Shown in pieces: positions 49,989-59,600 of a stretch of DNA of 64,000 bases. The notes under the pieces are model-generated. The model saw only the letters and a list, made by a program, of their open reading frames with translations, had not been told where the DNA came from and searched no databases. Where the stretch lies: assembly GCA_963812135.1 (NCBI GenBank), contig CAWETU010000005.1, positions 96,001 through 160,000 on the forward strand, written 5' to 3'. The position numbers were made by a program, and so were the translations under genes. The stretch is from Vulcanimicrobiota bacterium. GTDB taxonomy: Bacteria; Vulcanimicrobiota; Vulcanimicrobiia; Eremiobacterales; Eremiobacteraceae. Within the stretch, counting starts at the first letter, position 1, and every line of letters begins with the position of its first letter.

Positions 49989-52795
49989 ACCTTCAGCTTT
50001 GCGATAAGCTCGGCGCGCGACGCCGCGCCCATCTTCGTCAGCACCGATGACACGTGCGTCTCGACGGTGCGCTCGCTCAGGACGAGCTGGTCGGCGATCG
50101 CTTTGTTCGTCTTGCCTTGTGCGAGCAGGTCGCAGATCTCGCGTTCGCGCGCGGTCAGCTCTCCCTTTGCGCGCCCGCGCTTGTTCACCGGGTTCACGAT
50201 CGCAGACGTGCGGCGCGCGTCGCGGTTCGCGCCGATCCGTTTGTAGAGCTCTAACGCTTGTTCGTGTTCACCGGCGATCTCGAGCGCGCGTGCCTCGTGG
50301 TGCGGCCACGACATCGCGTGGAACAGCGTGACGGCTTCGGCCGCGTGCGCGGCGGCGGCGGACGCATCGCCTGCTCGACTTGCTGCGAGCGCATCGAACA
50401 ACGCTAGGTTGGCCAGCGTCGAGCGCGGCGATTGGCCGGCACGCAGCGCGCCAGCGAGGAGCTTGCGAGCACGCGCCGCATCCTCGACCGCGCCGTGTGC
50501 GGCGACGGCGATGCACAGCTCGTCGGCATCGCCAAAACCTGGCGGGGCGCCGATGCGCTCGAGCGCCTCGATCGCGCTGTGCAGCAGCGAGGCGGCTTCC
50601 GCCGGTTTCCCACGCGCCAGATAGTGCTCCGCGAAAGCCGCGGTCGAGCCGATCATGATCGACGACCCCGACGCCAGGGCGAAGTCGAGCAGTTCGGGGC
50701 GCGCGCAGCGAGCGACCAACTCGTCATCTTCCATCAGTAGTCCGACGCGGATGCCGGCGTTGACCATGAACATCTGAAAACCGGGCGTTTCGACATTCGC
50801 GGCGAGCGCCTGCTTCACGAGATCGCGGGCCTGCGCGAGCTCACCAGTCACGCGCTTGGCGTGCGCCATCGCCACGAGGATCCACACCGCGGTCAGGCCG
50901 CCGATGCCCTTGTCGCGGATGATCTCACGCGCTCGCTCGAAGACTTGCGCGGCGAGATCGCTTTCGCCGGCTTGCACCATAGAGATGCCGAAACTGCCCC
51001 AACACCGCATCGCGTTGCGGAAGTCCCCGCCCTCGATCGCGAGATCGGCGGCGGCTTGCGTGTCCTCGAACGCCCGCGCGGGATTACCGAGACCTGCGTG
51101 GCTGCCGGCGCGCATGACGAGAAAGTTGATCCGCGTCTCGGTCGCGCGTGGACCGGTTGCCTGATCGGCGAGCGCCATGTGCCTCGACAGCTGCTGCGGA
51201 TCCCAGCGGAATTCAGTATAGAGCCGCATCATCTGCACGTGGGCGTCGAAGTAAACCGGATGCGCCGGATCGTCGTCGACGAGGTCAAGCGCACGCTGGG
51301 TGAAGGCGAACGCGTCTGCCGTGTGGCCGTACGCGCCGTGCATCCATGCCAGATCCAAACATGTCCTGGCTGCGCGTTCGCGGTCGCCGGCAGCTTCGTA
51401 GTATGCGAGCGCAGCGTCGGCCGCTCGCTTGGCCGGCTCTTCCAAGCCGCTCTGGTGGAACGCGCTCGCGAGCTTGAGGTTGAGCGCGGCGCGGTGAGCG
51501 TCGTCGCCGACGGTCGATGCGATAGCCCGCTCGAGGTTAGCAGCGGCGTCGCGGTACGCGAACACTTTTAGCGCGGCGTCGGCTGCCAGCTCATTGTAGC
51601 GCGCGGCACGCTCGCGCTCGTGAGCCTGCCACCAATGGTAGGCTAGCTCGGGGGTATGATCGCCTTCCGTGTGCGCTTCGAGCGCAGTGGCGATCTTCAT
51701 GTGGAGTTGACGCGCTTCGCTCGCGAGCAGTTCTTGATAGATCGCTTGGCGCGTGAGCTCGTGCTTGAATGCGAATTGCACGGAGCCATTGCTCTCTTCG
51801 ACGATCAGCGACAGTTCGATGGCGTGCTTGAGCGCCTGCGTGACCTCTTCCAAAGGAAGTCCGGCGATTTCGGCGAGGAAACCCGCCTCAAAGCGGCGCC
51901 CGATAATAGCCGCGTGCGAGATGGCGCGCCGTTCCGGCGGGTCGAGTGCCGCGAAGTGTTCGAGCACCGCTTCGCTGAGCGTCGTCGGCAAACTGCGCGG
52001 TTCGTCGTCGCCGCTCTCGATCACGGTCTTCAGCAACTCCTCGGCGAACAGCGGGTTGCCTTCCGCGCGCGCGCAGATCGCACCGATCGTCGTCTCCGAA
52101 AGTCGCGCTCGATCGGCCAGCGCGTGGAATACGAGCTCGTGCATCTCCGCGTCGCTAAGCGCCGGCAGTTCGATGCGCCGGACGCCGGCTTGGCGCGTCA
52201 GCTTGGCCGCGATCGAACGCAGCGTTTTCGCGCGCTTGAGCATATCGTTGCGATACGTCGCGATGACCAGCAGCCGAGCGCCGGCGAGGTTGGCCGCGAG
52301 ATGCTGGATGAGCTCGAGCGTCGCGCTATCAGCCCAGTGGATGTCTTCGATGACGACGACCGTCGGTTGCGCCGAGCCAAAACCGCGCAGCGCTTCGACC
52401 AGCGCGTTGAACTGCCGAAGCTTGTCGGTGACCGGCGCGGTGGCAGACGCACCAGGCGCATCGAGTTCGGGGATCAGATTGGCAAGGATCGCGCGAACCG
52501 ACGGTGCGGCTTTGAGTACCGCTGGGTCGACCTGCGCCAGCGACGAGAGCGCGGCGAGAAACGGCGCGAACGGCGATTGGACGTATTCGAGGCATTGGCC
52601 GACCGCGTAACGCGCTTCGGCTGACGGCAAATTCCCGCAGAACTCGAACGCCAGGCGGCTCTTGCCGGCTCCCGCGTCGCCGTGTAGGAGTATCAGGCTC
52701 CCCGATCCGGCCTTCGCGGCGTCATACGAGCGCTCGAGCAGCTCCAGCTGCGGCGCCCTCCCGACCAGCCTGTGCGCTTGCACGGAGTCTGCCAT
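49985..52795 (-). CDS. Large ATP-binding LuxR-family (LAL/STAND) regulator
   Basis: LVGR, Walker A GDAGAGKS, Walker B VIEDIHWAD, GNPLF, TPR-like middle, LuxR HTH LTAREREI...SERTVETHV. Confidence 0.93.
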   Translation of the reverse strand: MADSVQAHRLVGRAPQLELLERSYDAAKAGSGSLILLHGDAGAGKSRLAFEFCGNLPSAEARYAVGQCLEYVQSPFAPFLAALSSLAQVDPAVLKAAPSVRAILANLIPELDAPGASATAPVTDKLRQFNALVEALRGFGSAQPTVVVIEDIHWADSATLELIQHLAANLAGARLLVIATYRNDMLKRAKTLRSIAAKLTRQAGVRRIELPALSDAEMHELVFHALADRARLSETTIGAICARAEGNPLFAEELLKTVIESGDDEPRSLPTTLSEAVLEHFAALDPPERRAISHAAIIGRRFEAGFLAEIAGLPLEEVTQALKHAIELSLIVEESNGSVQFAFKHELTRQAIYQELLASEARQLHMKIATALEAHTEGDHTPELAYHWWQAHERERAARYNELAADAALKVFAYRDAAANLERAIASTVGDDAHRAALNLKLASAFHQSGLEEPAKRAADAALAYYEAAGDRERAARTCLDLAWMHGAYGHTADAFAFTQRALDLVDDDPAHPVYFDAHVQMMRLYTEFRWDPQQLSRHMALADQATGPRATETRINFLVMRAGSHAGLGNPARAFEDTQAAADLAIEGGDFRNAMRCWGSFGISMVQAGESDLAAQVFERAREIIRDKGIGGLTAVWILVAMAHAKRVTGELAQARDLVKQALAANVETPGFQMFMVNAGIRVGLLMEDDELVARCARPELLDFALASGSSIMIGSTAAFAEHYLARGKPAEAASLLHSAIEALERIGAPPGFGDADELCIAVAAHGAVEDAARARKLLAGALRAGQSPRSTLANLALFDALAASRAGDASAAAAHAAEAVTLFHAMSWPHHEARALEIAGEHEQALELYKRIGANRDARRTSAIVNPVNKRGRAKGELTAREREICDLLAQGKTNKAIADQLVLSERTVETHVSSVLTKMGAASRAELIAKLKV

Positions 52796-52824
52796 CCATC
52801 GCCCCCGTGTGCGCGGTTCGCTCT

Positions 52825-53622
52825 CTACGACACCTCTTCCCCGACTGCCGGCTCGGGTTTGGGAGGGATGAACAGCGTCGAGCCGGTGGTGATATCGGCC
52901 TGCTCGAGCGCCGACAGCGTCGTGCGTTCGACGGTCGGAGCGAAGCCCGAGTATTGCGACGCCTCGTAGACGATCGCCGGATGCCCCGCGCCGTAGCGCG
53001 CGCTCAAGTGCTTCGCGAGACGCGCGACGCCTTCTCGGCCGTACTCCATCTTGAAACTTGGATCGCCGGTGACCGCGACTTGCAGCAGCACGAGCGGCGC
53101 CGTCGTGCTGAATGCCCGATCGTTGAGCAGCAGATCGGATGCGTCGAAGATCTGCAGTCCGTCAGTGGCCGGATCGATGTCAAGATCAGCGAGCAGACAG
53201 TCGATCGACGACACTGCCGGCAAGAGCGCGGCGGAATACCCCTCCGCGCGCGCGCGGTCGAGCGCCGTGTGCATCGGATATGCGAAGATCCCAGGATGAC
53301 CGTAGGCGACGACGCACACCTTGGCGCCGCCGCGGACGTATGTCAAGATGCGCGCGACCATCGCTTCGTACGTGTCGATCCGGGGCTTCGCGACGTCGTA
53401 AAGCTCGCCAAGCGATTCGCTGTTCGGATTCAACTCGACGACGCTTCGCGCCGCAACAGCGTCGCCCACCAAGAACAGCACTTTGTCGGCGCACTCTATG
53501 TGCCAGCGCGCAGCAGGCGTGAGATCGCGTCCGACGTCGATGCCTGCGCCGACGATCGTAAGATCCGGCAGAGGCGGCGTGGACCAGGCTATTAGCTCGT
53601 CCCGCCGGTGCCCGGTGGCCAC
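52825..53622 (-). CDS. Borosin peptide alpha-N-methyltransferase (split-borosin, SonM/OphMA-like; tetrapyrrole methylase fold)
   Basis: LTIVGAGI, LYDVAKPRIDTYEAM, AYGHPGIF, LPAVSSIDCLLADLDIDP, FDASDLL, LVLLQVAVTG, YEAS, STLFIPP; exact start uncertain. Confidence 0.9.
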   Translation of the reverse strand: MATGHRRDELIAWSTPPLPDLTIVGAGIDVGRDLTPAARWHIECADKVLFLVGDAVAARSVVELNPNSESLGELYDVAKPRIDTYEAMVARILTYVRGGAKVCVVAYGHPGIFAYPMHTALDRARAEGYSAALLPAVSSIDCLLADLDIDPATDGLQIFDASDLLLNDRAFSTTAPLVLLQVAVTGDPSFKMEYGREGVARLAKHLSARYGAGHPAIVYEASQYSGFAPTVERTTLSALEQADITTGSTLFIPPKPEPAVGEEVS

Positions 53623-53852
53623 GGCCGCGGCGGACCGTACGTGAACGGATGCATTTCGGGTGTCTTAGATTCGTGATGTTCCTTTTTGACGTGCTCTTCG
53701 ATATCTTTGACCGATCCCCACAGGAAGGCTCTGATCTGCAATTCGCTGAGCCCGTACCCCTCGAACAGTTCGAGCACTTCTCTATAGAGGCGCTCCGAGA
53801 ACTCTTTGTGTTTGGTCTTGTTGAGAAAGTCGGTGAAAGGTGTTTTGCTCAC
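53592..53852 (-). CDS. Split-borosin precursor peptide (borosin-binding domain plus C-terminal core), 86 aa
   Basis: GTG start with AAAGGAG RBS; FTDFL...YGLSELQIRAFLWGS helical leader; tail MHPFTYGPPRPWPPGTGGTS; directly upstream of the methyltransferase. Confidence 0.8.
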   Translation of the reverse strand: MSKTPFTDFLNKTKHKEFSERLYREVLELFEGYGLSELQIRAFLWGSVKDIEEHVKKEHHESKTPEMHPFTYGPPRPWPPGTGGTS

Positions 53853-53991
53853 CGGAGAACTCCTTTGCCGAAAAAGCAAAATCGACGACGCTTGAGAGCT
53901 CTGCGTTGGATTAGGTGCCCGGCGTTCCCCGATTTTTTGAAATGCCCTCCAAGGGCAAGAGTGGCCTTTCCGCTCAGCGAAACCGCGCCGG

Positions 53992-56025
53992 GTGAAGACG
54001 TCGGATTTCGTTATTGTCCTCGTCGCGACGCTTGTGTTGACTGCGCATCCGCGAGCCGCAACAAGCGCGGGCGCTCCGCTCGACCTTTCCACCCTGCGCA
54101 CCTACGTGGAAATTCCAAGCCTCGCGATCTCGCCGGGCGGCAGCCGCGTCGCCGCCGTCATCCAGCGTCAGAATTTCGCGACGAACAAATATGACGAGCG
54201 CATCGAGGTCATCGATTGCGTGACCCGCTCGCGCGTGACCGTAACGCCGACGAGCCACGCCATGTCCTCGCCGGCGTGGTCCCCCGACGGCACCTCTATC
54301 GCGTACATCGCCGATGCGACGGACGGCACCTCGCAAGTATTCGCGGTCCCCGCCGGCGGCGGTACGCCGCGCCGGCTGACGCACGCTCCGCGCGGCGTTG
54401 ACTCGTTCGCGTGGCGGCCGGACGGCATGGCGATCGCATTCGTCACAACCGACGCAGCGCCGAACGCGAAAGCGATCGCATCCGGCCTCGACGCATTCGA
54501 AGCCGGCGATCAAGATTACATGAGCAGCGCGAAGCCCACACCCGCGCATCTGTGGCTGCAAACCATCGCCGGGGGCTCACCGAAGCGGCTTACGGCCGGG
54601 CAGCACAGCCTGCCGATCGGTGAGCTGATCTTTCCGTTGCCAGAGGTCGCTCCGATGCCGTTCTTCGCCTGGGCACCGGACGGCAAGTCGATCGTCTTCG
54701 CGCGCATGGACAACGCATATAACTCTGACGCGGTCGGCACTGTGACGATGGTGCTCGACGTGGCGACGGGCGCCATGCGCAAGCTCACGAGCCACACGCG
54801 GCTCGAAGCAGGCGGCCTCTATTCGCCCGACGGCATGCGCATCGCGTACGCGTACGCACGCGGCGACGATCCGATGGCACAAGTGGTCATGATGATCGCG
54901 CCTGCGAGCGGCGGCGACGGCATCGCCGCCACGCAATCGCTGGACGTCGACGCGCTCGGCGCTCGCTGGTTGAGCGGCCACCGGTTGCTGGTCAACGCGT
55001 TCCAAGGTGCGCGCTCGCGGCTATTCATCGCGGGCGAGCATGGCGACACGTCGCGCGTCGACACGGGGGCGGTCGATCCTGTGCCCGGCACACTCGACGC
55101 GACGGGGTCGGGCCACATCGCGTTCGTCGGTTCGGAACCAGAGCGCGCGACCGAAGTCTACACGATGTCGTCGCCGTTCTCGGCGCCCGTCCGCCTCACC
55201 GACTACAACGCGCCGATCAATGCCCGCGCGCGCAGCAAAGTGCAAGCCATCACGTGGAAAGGCCCGAACGGTTTCTCAGAGAGCGGCGCGCTTTTCTACC
55301 CGCCCGATTTCGATTCGGCCAAGAAGTACCCGCTTGTGCTGCAGATCCACGGCGGTCCGACCGAGTCGACGATCGCCAGCTGGCGTGACACCGACTGGCC
55401 CGGCCTGCCGCAGTACATCGCCGCGCACGGCTATCTCGTGTTCTCGCCCAACTATCGCGGGAGCGACGGCCAAGGCAACGCTTATCAGATCGCGATCTTC
55501 AACGACGCAGGCGACGGCCCCGGACGCGACGTCATGGCGGGCATCGACGCAGTGAAGCGCCTCGGCAATGTGGACGAGACGCGCATGGCGGTGACCGGTT
55601 GGTCGTATGGCGGTTATATGACCGAGTGGATGATCACGCATTACGATGTCTGGAAAGCGGCGATGGCAGGCGCTGCACCCGCCGACGCGTTTGTCGACTA
55701 CTCGACGTCGGACTACAATGTGCTCGGGCGGCTGTATTTCGGCGGCGCGCCGTACGACTCGCCGGCGTTACTGCAAGCGTATCGCGATCAATCGCCGCTG
55801 TCGTACGTCGGCCAGGTCAAGGCGGCGACGCTGCTCATGCACGACTCGGGCGACGTGCGCGTGCCGGTCGTGCATTCGTACGAGTTCTATCAGGGACTCA
55901 AGGCACATCACGTCACGGCATCCTTTGTGGTCTATCCGGTCAGCGGGCATTACCCGGCAGACCCACTGCGCTCGGAGGATATTTACCGACGATGGGTCGC
56001 CTGGCTCGATCGATACTTGAAGTGA
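53992..56025 (+). CDS. Exported S9 (prolyl oligopeptidase clan, S9C-like) peptidase
   Basis: Signal peptide, WSPDG propeller repeats, IHGGP, PNYRGS, GWSYGG nucleophile, DVRVP Asp, GH His. Confidence 0.93.
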   Translation: MKTSDFVIVLVATLVLTAHPRAATSAGAPLDLSTLRTYVEIPSLAISPGGSRVAAVIQRQNFATNKYDERIEVIDCVTRSRVTVTPTSHAMSSPAWSPDGTSIAYIADATDGTSQVFAVPAGGGTPRRLTHAPRGVDSFAWRPDGMAIAFVTTDAAPNAKAIASGLDAFEAGDQDYMSSAKPTPAHLWLQTIAGGSPKRLTAGQHSLPIGELIFPLPEVAPMPFFAWAPDGKSIVFARMDNAYNSDAVGTVTMVLDVATGAMRKLTSHTRLEAGGLYSPDGMRIAYAYARGDDPMAQVVMMIAPASGGDGIAATQSLDVDALGARWLSGHRLLVNAFQGARSRLFIAGEHGDTSRVDTGAVDPVPGTLDATGSGHIAFVGSEPERATEVYTMSSPFSAPVRLTDYNAPINARARSKVQAITWKGPNGFSESGALFYPPDFDSAKKYPLVLQIHGGPTESTIASWRDTDWPGLPQYIAAHGYLVFSPNYRGSDGQGNAYQIAIFNDAGDGPGRDVMAGIDAVKRLGNVDETRMAVTGWSYGGYMTEWMITHYDVWKAAMAGAAPADAFVDYSTSDYNVLGRLYFGGAPYDSPALLQAYRDQSPLSYVGQVKAATLLMHDSGDVRVPVVHSYEFYQGLKAHHVTASFVVYPVSGHYPADPLRSEDIYRRWVAWLDRYLK

Positions 56026-56032
56026 GCGCACG

Positions 56033-56596
56033 ATGGCACTGACAACGCTCGATCCGAAGACCGCGCTCATCGTCATCGATCTGCAAAAAGGCGTCGTCGC
56101 TCTTCCCACAGAGCAGCCGACCGCTGAGGTGATCAAACGCACGAGCCGGCTGGCCGAAGCGTTCCGCCGCCATCGCCTTCCGGTCGTGCTCGTCCATGTC
56201 GTCGGCGGTGCACCGGGCCGCGCAGATCAGACCCGCAGCATCACCGACCGGCCGTCAGACTGGGCGGACATCGTTCCGGAGCTGAACCAACAACCCTCAG
56301 ATCATGTGGTGACGAAGCGGACGTGGGGCGCGTTCACGGATACAGACCTTGAAGCATATCTAATGAGACTTGGCGTGACGCAAGTGGTCCTCGCCGGCAT
56401 CTCCACCAGCGCCGGCGTCGAGTCGACGGCGCGCAACGCGCACGAGTTGGGGTTCAACGTCACGTTCGCAGTCGACGCGATGACCGACACGAATCCCGAC
56501 GCTCACGCCAATAGCGTCACGCGGATCTTCCCGAGGATCGGCGAAACCGGCACGACCCAGGAGATCATCGATCTCCTCGGCCGCACGCACGGTTGA
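56033..56596 (+). CDS. Isochorismatase-like hydrolase
   Basis: ALIVIDLQKG, KRTWGAFTDT, GISTSAGVESTARNAHELGF. Confidence 0.9.
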   Translation: MALTTLDPKTALIVIDLQKGVVALPTEQPTAEVIKRTSRLAEAFRRHRLPVVLVHVVGGAPGRADQTRSITDRPSDWADIVPELNQQPSDHVVTKRTWGAFTDTDLEAYLMRLGVTQVVLAGISTSAGVESTARNAHELGFNVTFAVDAMTDTNPDAHANSVTRIFPRIGETGTTQEIIDLLGRTHG

Positions 56597-56611
56597 GGCC
56601 AGGCTCTCGCG

Positions 56612-59600
56612 CTAGTACTTCATGCTGATGAAGAACGTGAATTGGCGCGGCGGTCCGAACGCCTCGTTCTCATACGGGTGTGGGCCGTAGTTGTTCTGGA
56701 ATGGCTCGCACGCGAACGCGTTGACCACACCGGGTGGGCAGGCATTGGTGTTGACGCCTGAGCTTGGACCGTAGCCGCCAAGACCGTTCGGCACGTAGTA
56801 CGGGTTGCTACCCCCCGACGAAAGCCCCGATCCGAGGGTCGGCGGCGCTGTATAGTTACCCGTCAGGTTGAACACGCGGACGCCCACGGTGAAATTATTA
56901 GGCCCGTGACCAAGGTCTTGCGACACGCTCATGTTCACGAGCAGCACCGGCGGGCTGCGCAGCGATCCCGGGTCGTCGCCTTCGGGCGTGCCGCGCGACG
57001 CGACGATGTTGGGCGCGAGCATCGTGCCCGGGTTCGCGGGGTCTGTGAAATAGTATGCCTGTTGTGAGGTGGTCGCGGCGAGGTCCGTGTTCAGCACCTG
57101 ATATGGGATCGTCGCGGTCGGGTCGCCAGTGCAGGTCGGCACCTGGCCGCACGTGACGAAGACGAACGTCTTCTTGCCGACGCCATACGGGTAACCGTCG
57201 TTGAACGGCATGTCGACCGACGCGTGGAATCCCTGGCGCGAATCATAGGCGAGGATCAGATTCGCGGTGAGCGGCGACACGTACGACACATGGAAGAGAT
57301 GCCCCGCGGCCAGCGCCGCGTTGTTGACGCTTGGGAAGAAGTCGCTGTTGTAATTTGCAAGCGTGTTGTCGTACGTCGCGTTGAAGAAGCCCGAGAAACC
57401 GAACGTGGCCTGTTTTTGGATCGCGAACTCGACGCCCGTGTTCGAGTTGATGCCCGCGTTGATCGACCGCAACGGCCCGAACACCGGCGTACCGCTCGGG
57501 AGATTGAACAAGAAGTTGGAGTTGGTCACGACGTAGTTCGTGCCGCGCCGGTAATAGGGTGTGATCTTCAGGTCGAGGCCACGCCCGAAGTCATGTTCGT
57601 ACGAGAAATCGTAGTTGATCGCGTGCTGCGGGGTCACAGGAGTGAACGATTGAAAATTGTTCGTGTTGAGGTCTGCGAGCACTTGTTGGTAGAGGTTTGA
57701 GAAACTGTTGCAGTTGGCGTTCGCGTTCGCCGGATCGACGCCGTTCACGCAGGTCGGGCTGTACCCCGGCAGGGGGACGAAACAGCCGCTCGCAATCGTG
57801 CAGTTCTTCAGCGATGGATCGAGGCGGTATGAGTCTTGCACCGCCGAGAGCGGCACGAACTCGATGTTCGTGCCATACGACGCGCGCACGACGTCGCGCG
57901 CGGTGAGCTGGAACGCCACGGCGATGCGCGGGCTCAGCTGCGACGGCCGCGTCACGTCCGAACCGAGCGCTTGCCCAGGCAGCTCTACGATGTTTCCCGC
58001 GTCATCGGTGAAATAGCTGACGTTCTGCGCCACCGCATCTGCCGGCAGGCCGATGACCTCCAGGTCGTAGCGCAAACCGTACGTCACCGTCAGTTTGTCG
58101 TTGGGCTGCCAACGATCTTTCACGTAGACGTCGTAACGATGGATCGGCGAATCCGAGTACGATGTACTATCGGGGTAGGTGTTGAGCGGCGCGTTGGGGC
58201 CGCTCGTGGGCAGCGTCGTGCCGAGCAGGTTGTTCAGCTGCGCGTTGAGCGGGCCGATGTAACAGCCACCCACGCCGGATCCGGGATTGGACGTGGCCAG
58301 CAGTTGCGGGCAGCCGATGCCTTCGAGCGGCTCGACGATCGAGGCGAAGCTCGGAAACGCGGCCTTGAACAGACTTGAATAATACGTGTCGGTCGCGCCG
58401 AATCCGATTTCGTGGTGACTGCTGATCTGATTGTCGTAGTCGAACTGCACCCCTAGCCCGACCGTGTTCAGGTCTTGATACGTGTCGGTGAAGGATCCGA
58501 AATCGTACGGGTACGACGAGATCAGATTCTCGCTCGTGCGGAAGAGCGTCAGATCGCCGAAGCTCGACGGGCTGAACTGGCGCTTGTAGTTGAGTTTGTC
58601 GATCGTCGAGTTGAAGGTCTGTGTGTCGACGGAATTGATGAACTGGTTGACACTCGCTTGACCCGGAAACAGCGGATCGAACGTGCTCAGGGAGAGGCAC
58701 GGCGTCGGATCGCACGGGAAGCCAAGATCGTTCGTCCCAGCCTGGACATTCCCGTTGAGCGATGCATAGGGAGCCTGTGCCGGATTGATGAGCGTCTCAA
58801 ATCCCAACGTCGAGCCGCTGAGGTTGCTCAAGACCTGAATCTCGTTGCGGTTGTCGCTGCCCCAGCGATAAAAGAAATTGCCGATGATGTCGTTGAGCGT
58901 CGCGTTGTTCTGGAATCCGAGCGTGAGCGGCAACAACGTATTGGTGTCGCCATAATCAGTCGCGCCCCGTTGGCCGCCAAACGACAGATAGTAGCTGAAG
59001 CGGTTGTCGGGAGTTCCGCTGCCGTAGTCCATCGAGATCTCGTGGTCGTACTGGTGCCAGCCGAGGCGGAAGGTGGCCTGCCCTGCGCCCGGATACGAGC
59101 CGCGCTTGACGACTTCGTTGATGACGCCCGAGTTGGTGTTGCCGGTCGCGACGTCATAGCCACCGGTCGCCAACTGCACGCTGCGCGCACCGTTGAGGGT
59201 GGCAGCGTTGAGGAATTGGCCGGTGACCGGATCGGTGTTGTCGATGCCGTCGAGCTGATAGCCAAGATCGTTCTCCGCGCCCGCGCGGATCACCGGATAG
59301 CCGGCGTAGTCGGTCGTCACGCCCGGCAGCGAATTGAAGGCCTGGAACCCGTTGAGATCCTGCGGAGTACCGTTGATATCTTGCAGCGTCCGCTGGTTCA
59401 CCGTATAGCTGCTGGCTGTCGTCGCGGGTTGGACCAGCGACTGCGCGCTGCGTACGGTCACGGTGCCGAGCGATCTCGGCCCTGTCTGCAGCACGACATC
59501 GATGCGTCGCGGCTGATCTTGGGTCACGGTGACGCCCGGAACCGAGTTGGTCTGGTAACCCGCCTTGGTGAACGTTATGATGTAGGTGTCGAGCGGCAGG

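Noticed and set aside
52825..53622. Cobalamin/siroheme tetrapyrrole methylase
   Set aside because: Has YGHPG rather than GDP, has the borosin Y/R/Y set, has an adjacent precursor, and no cob/cys genes are nearby
53853..54101. N-terminal extension of the precursor ORF to 169 aa
   Set aside because: Overlaps the divergent peptidase start; the strong RBS supports GTG 53852
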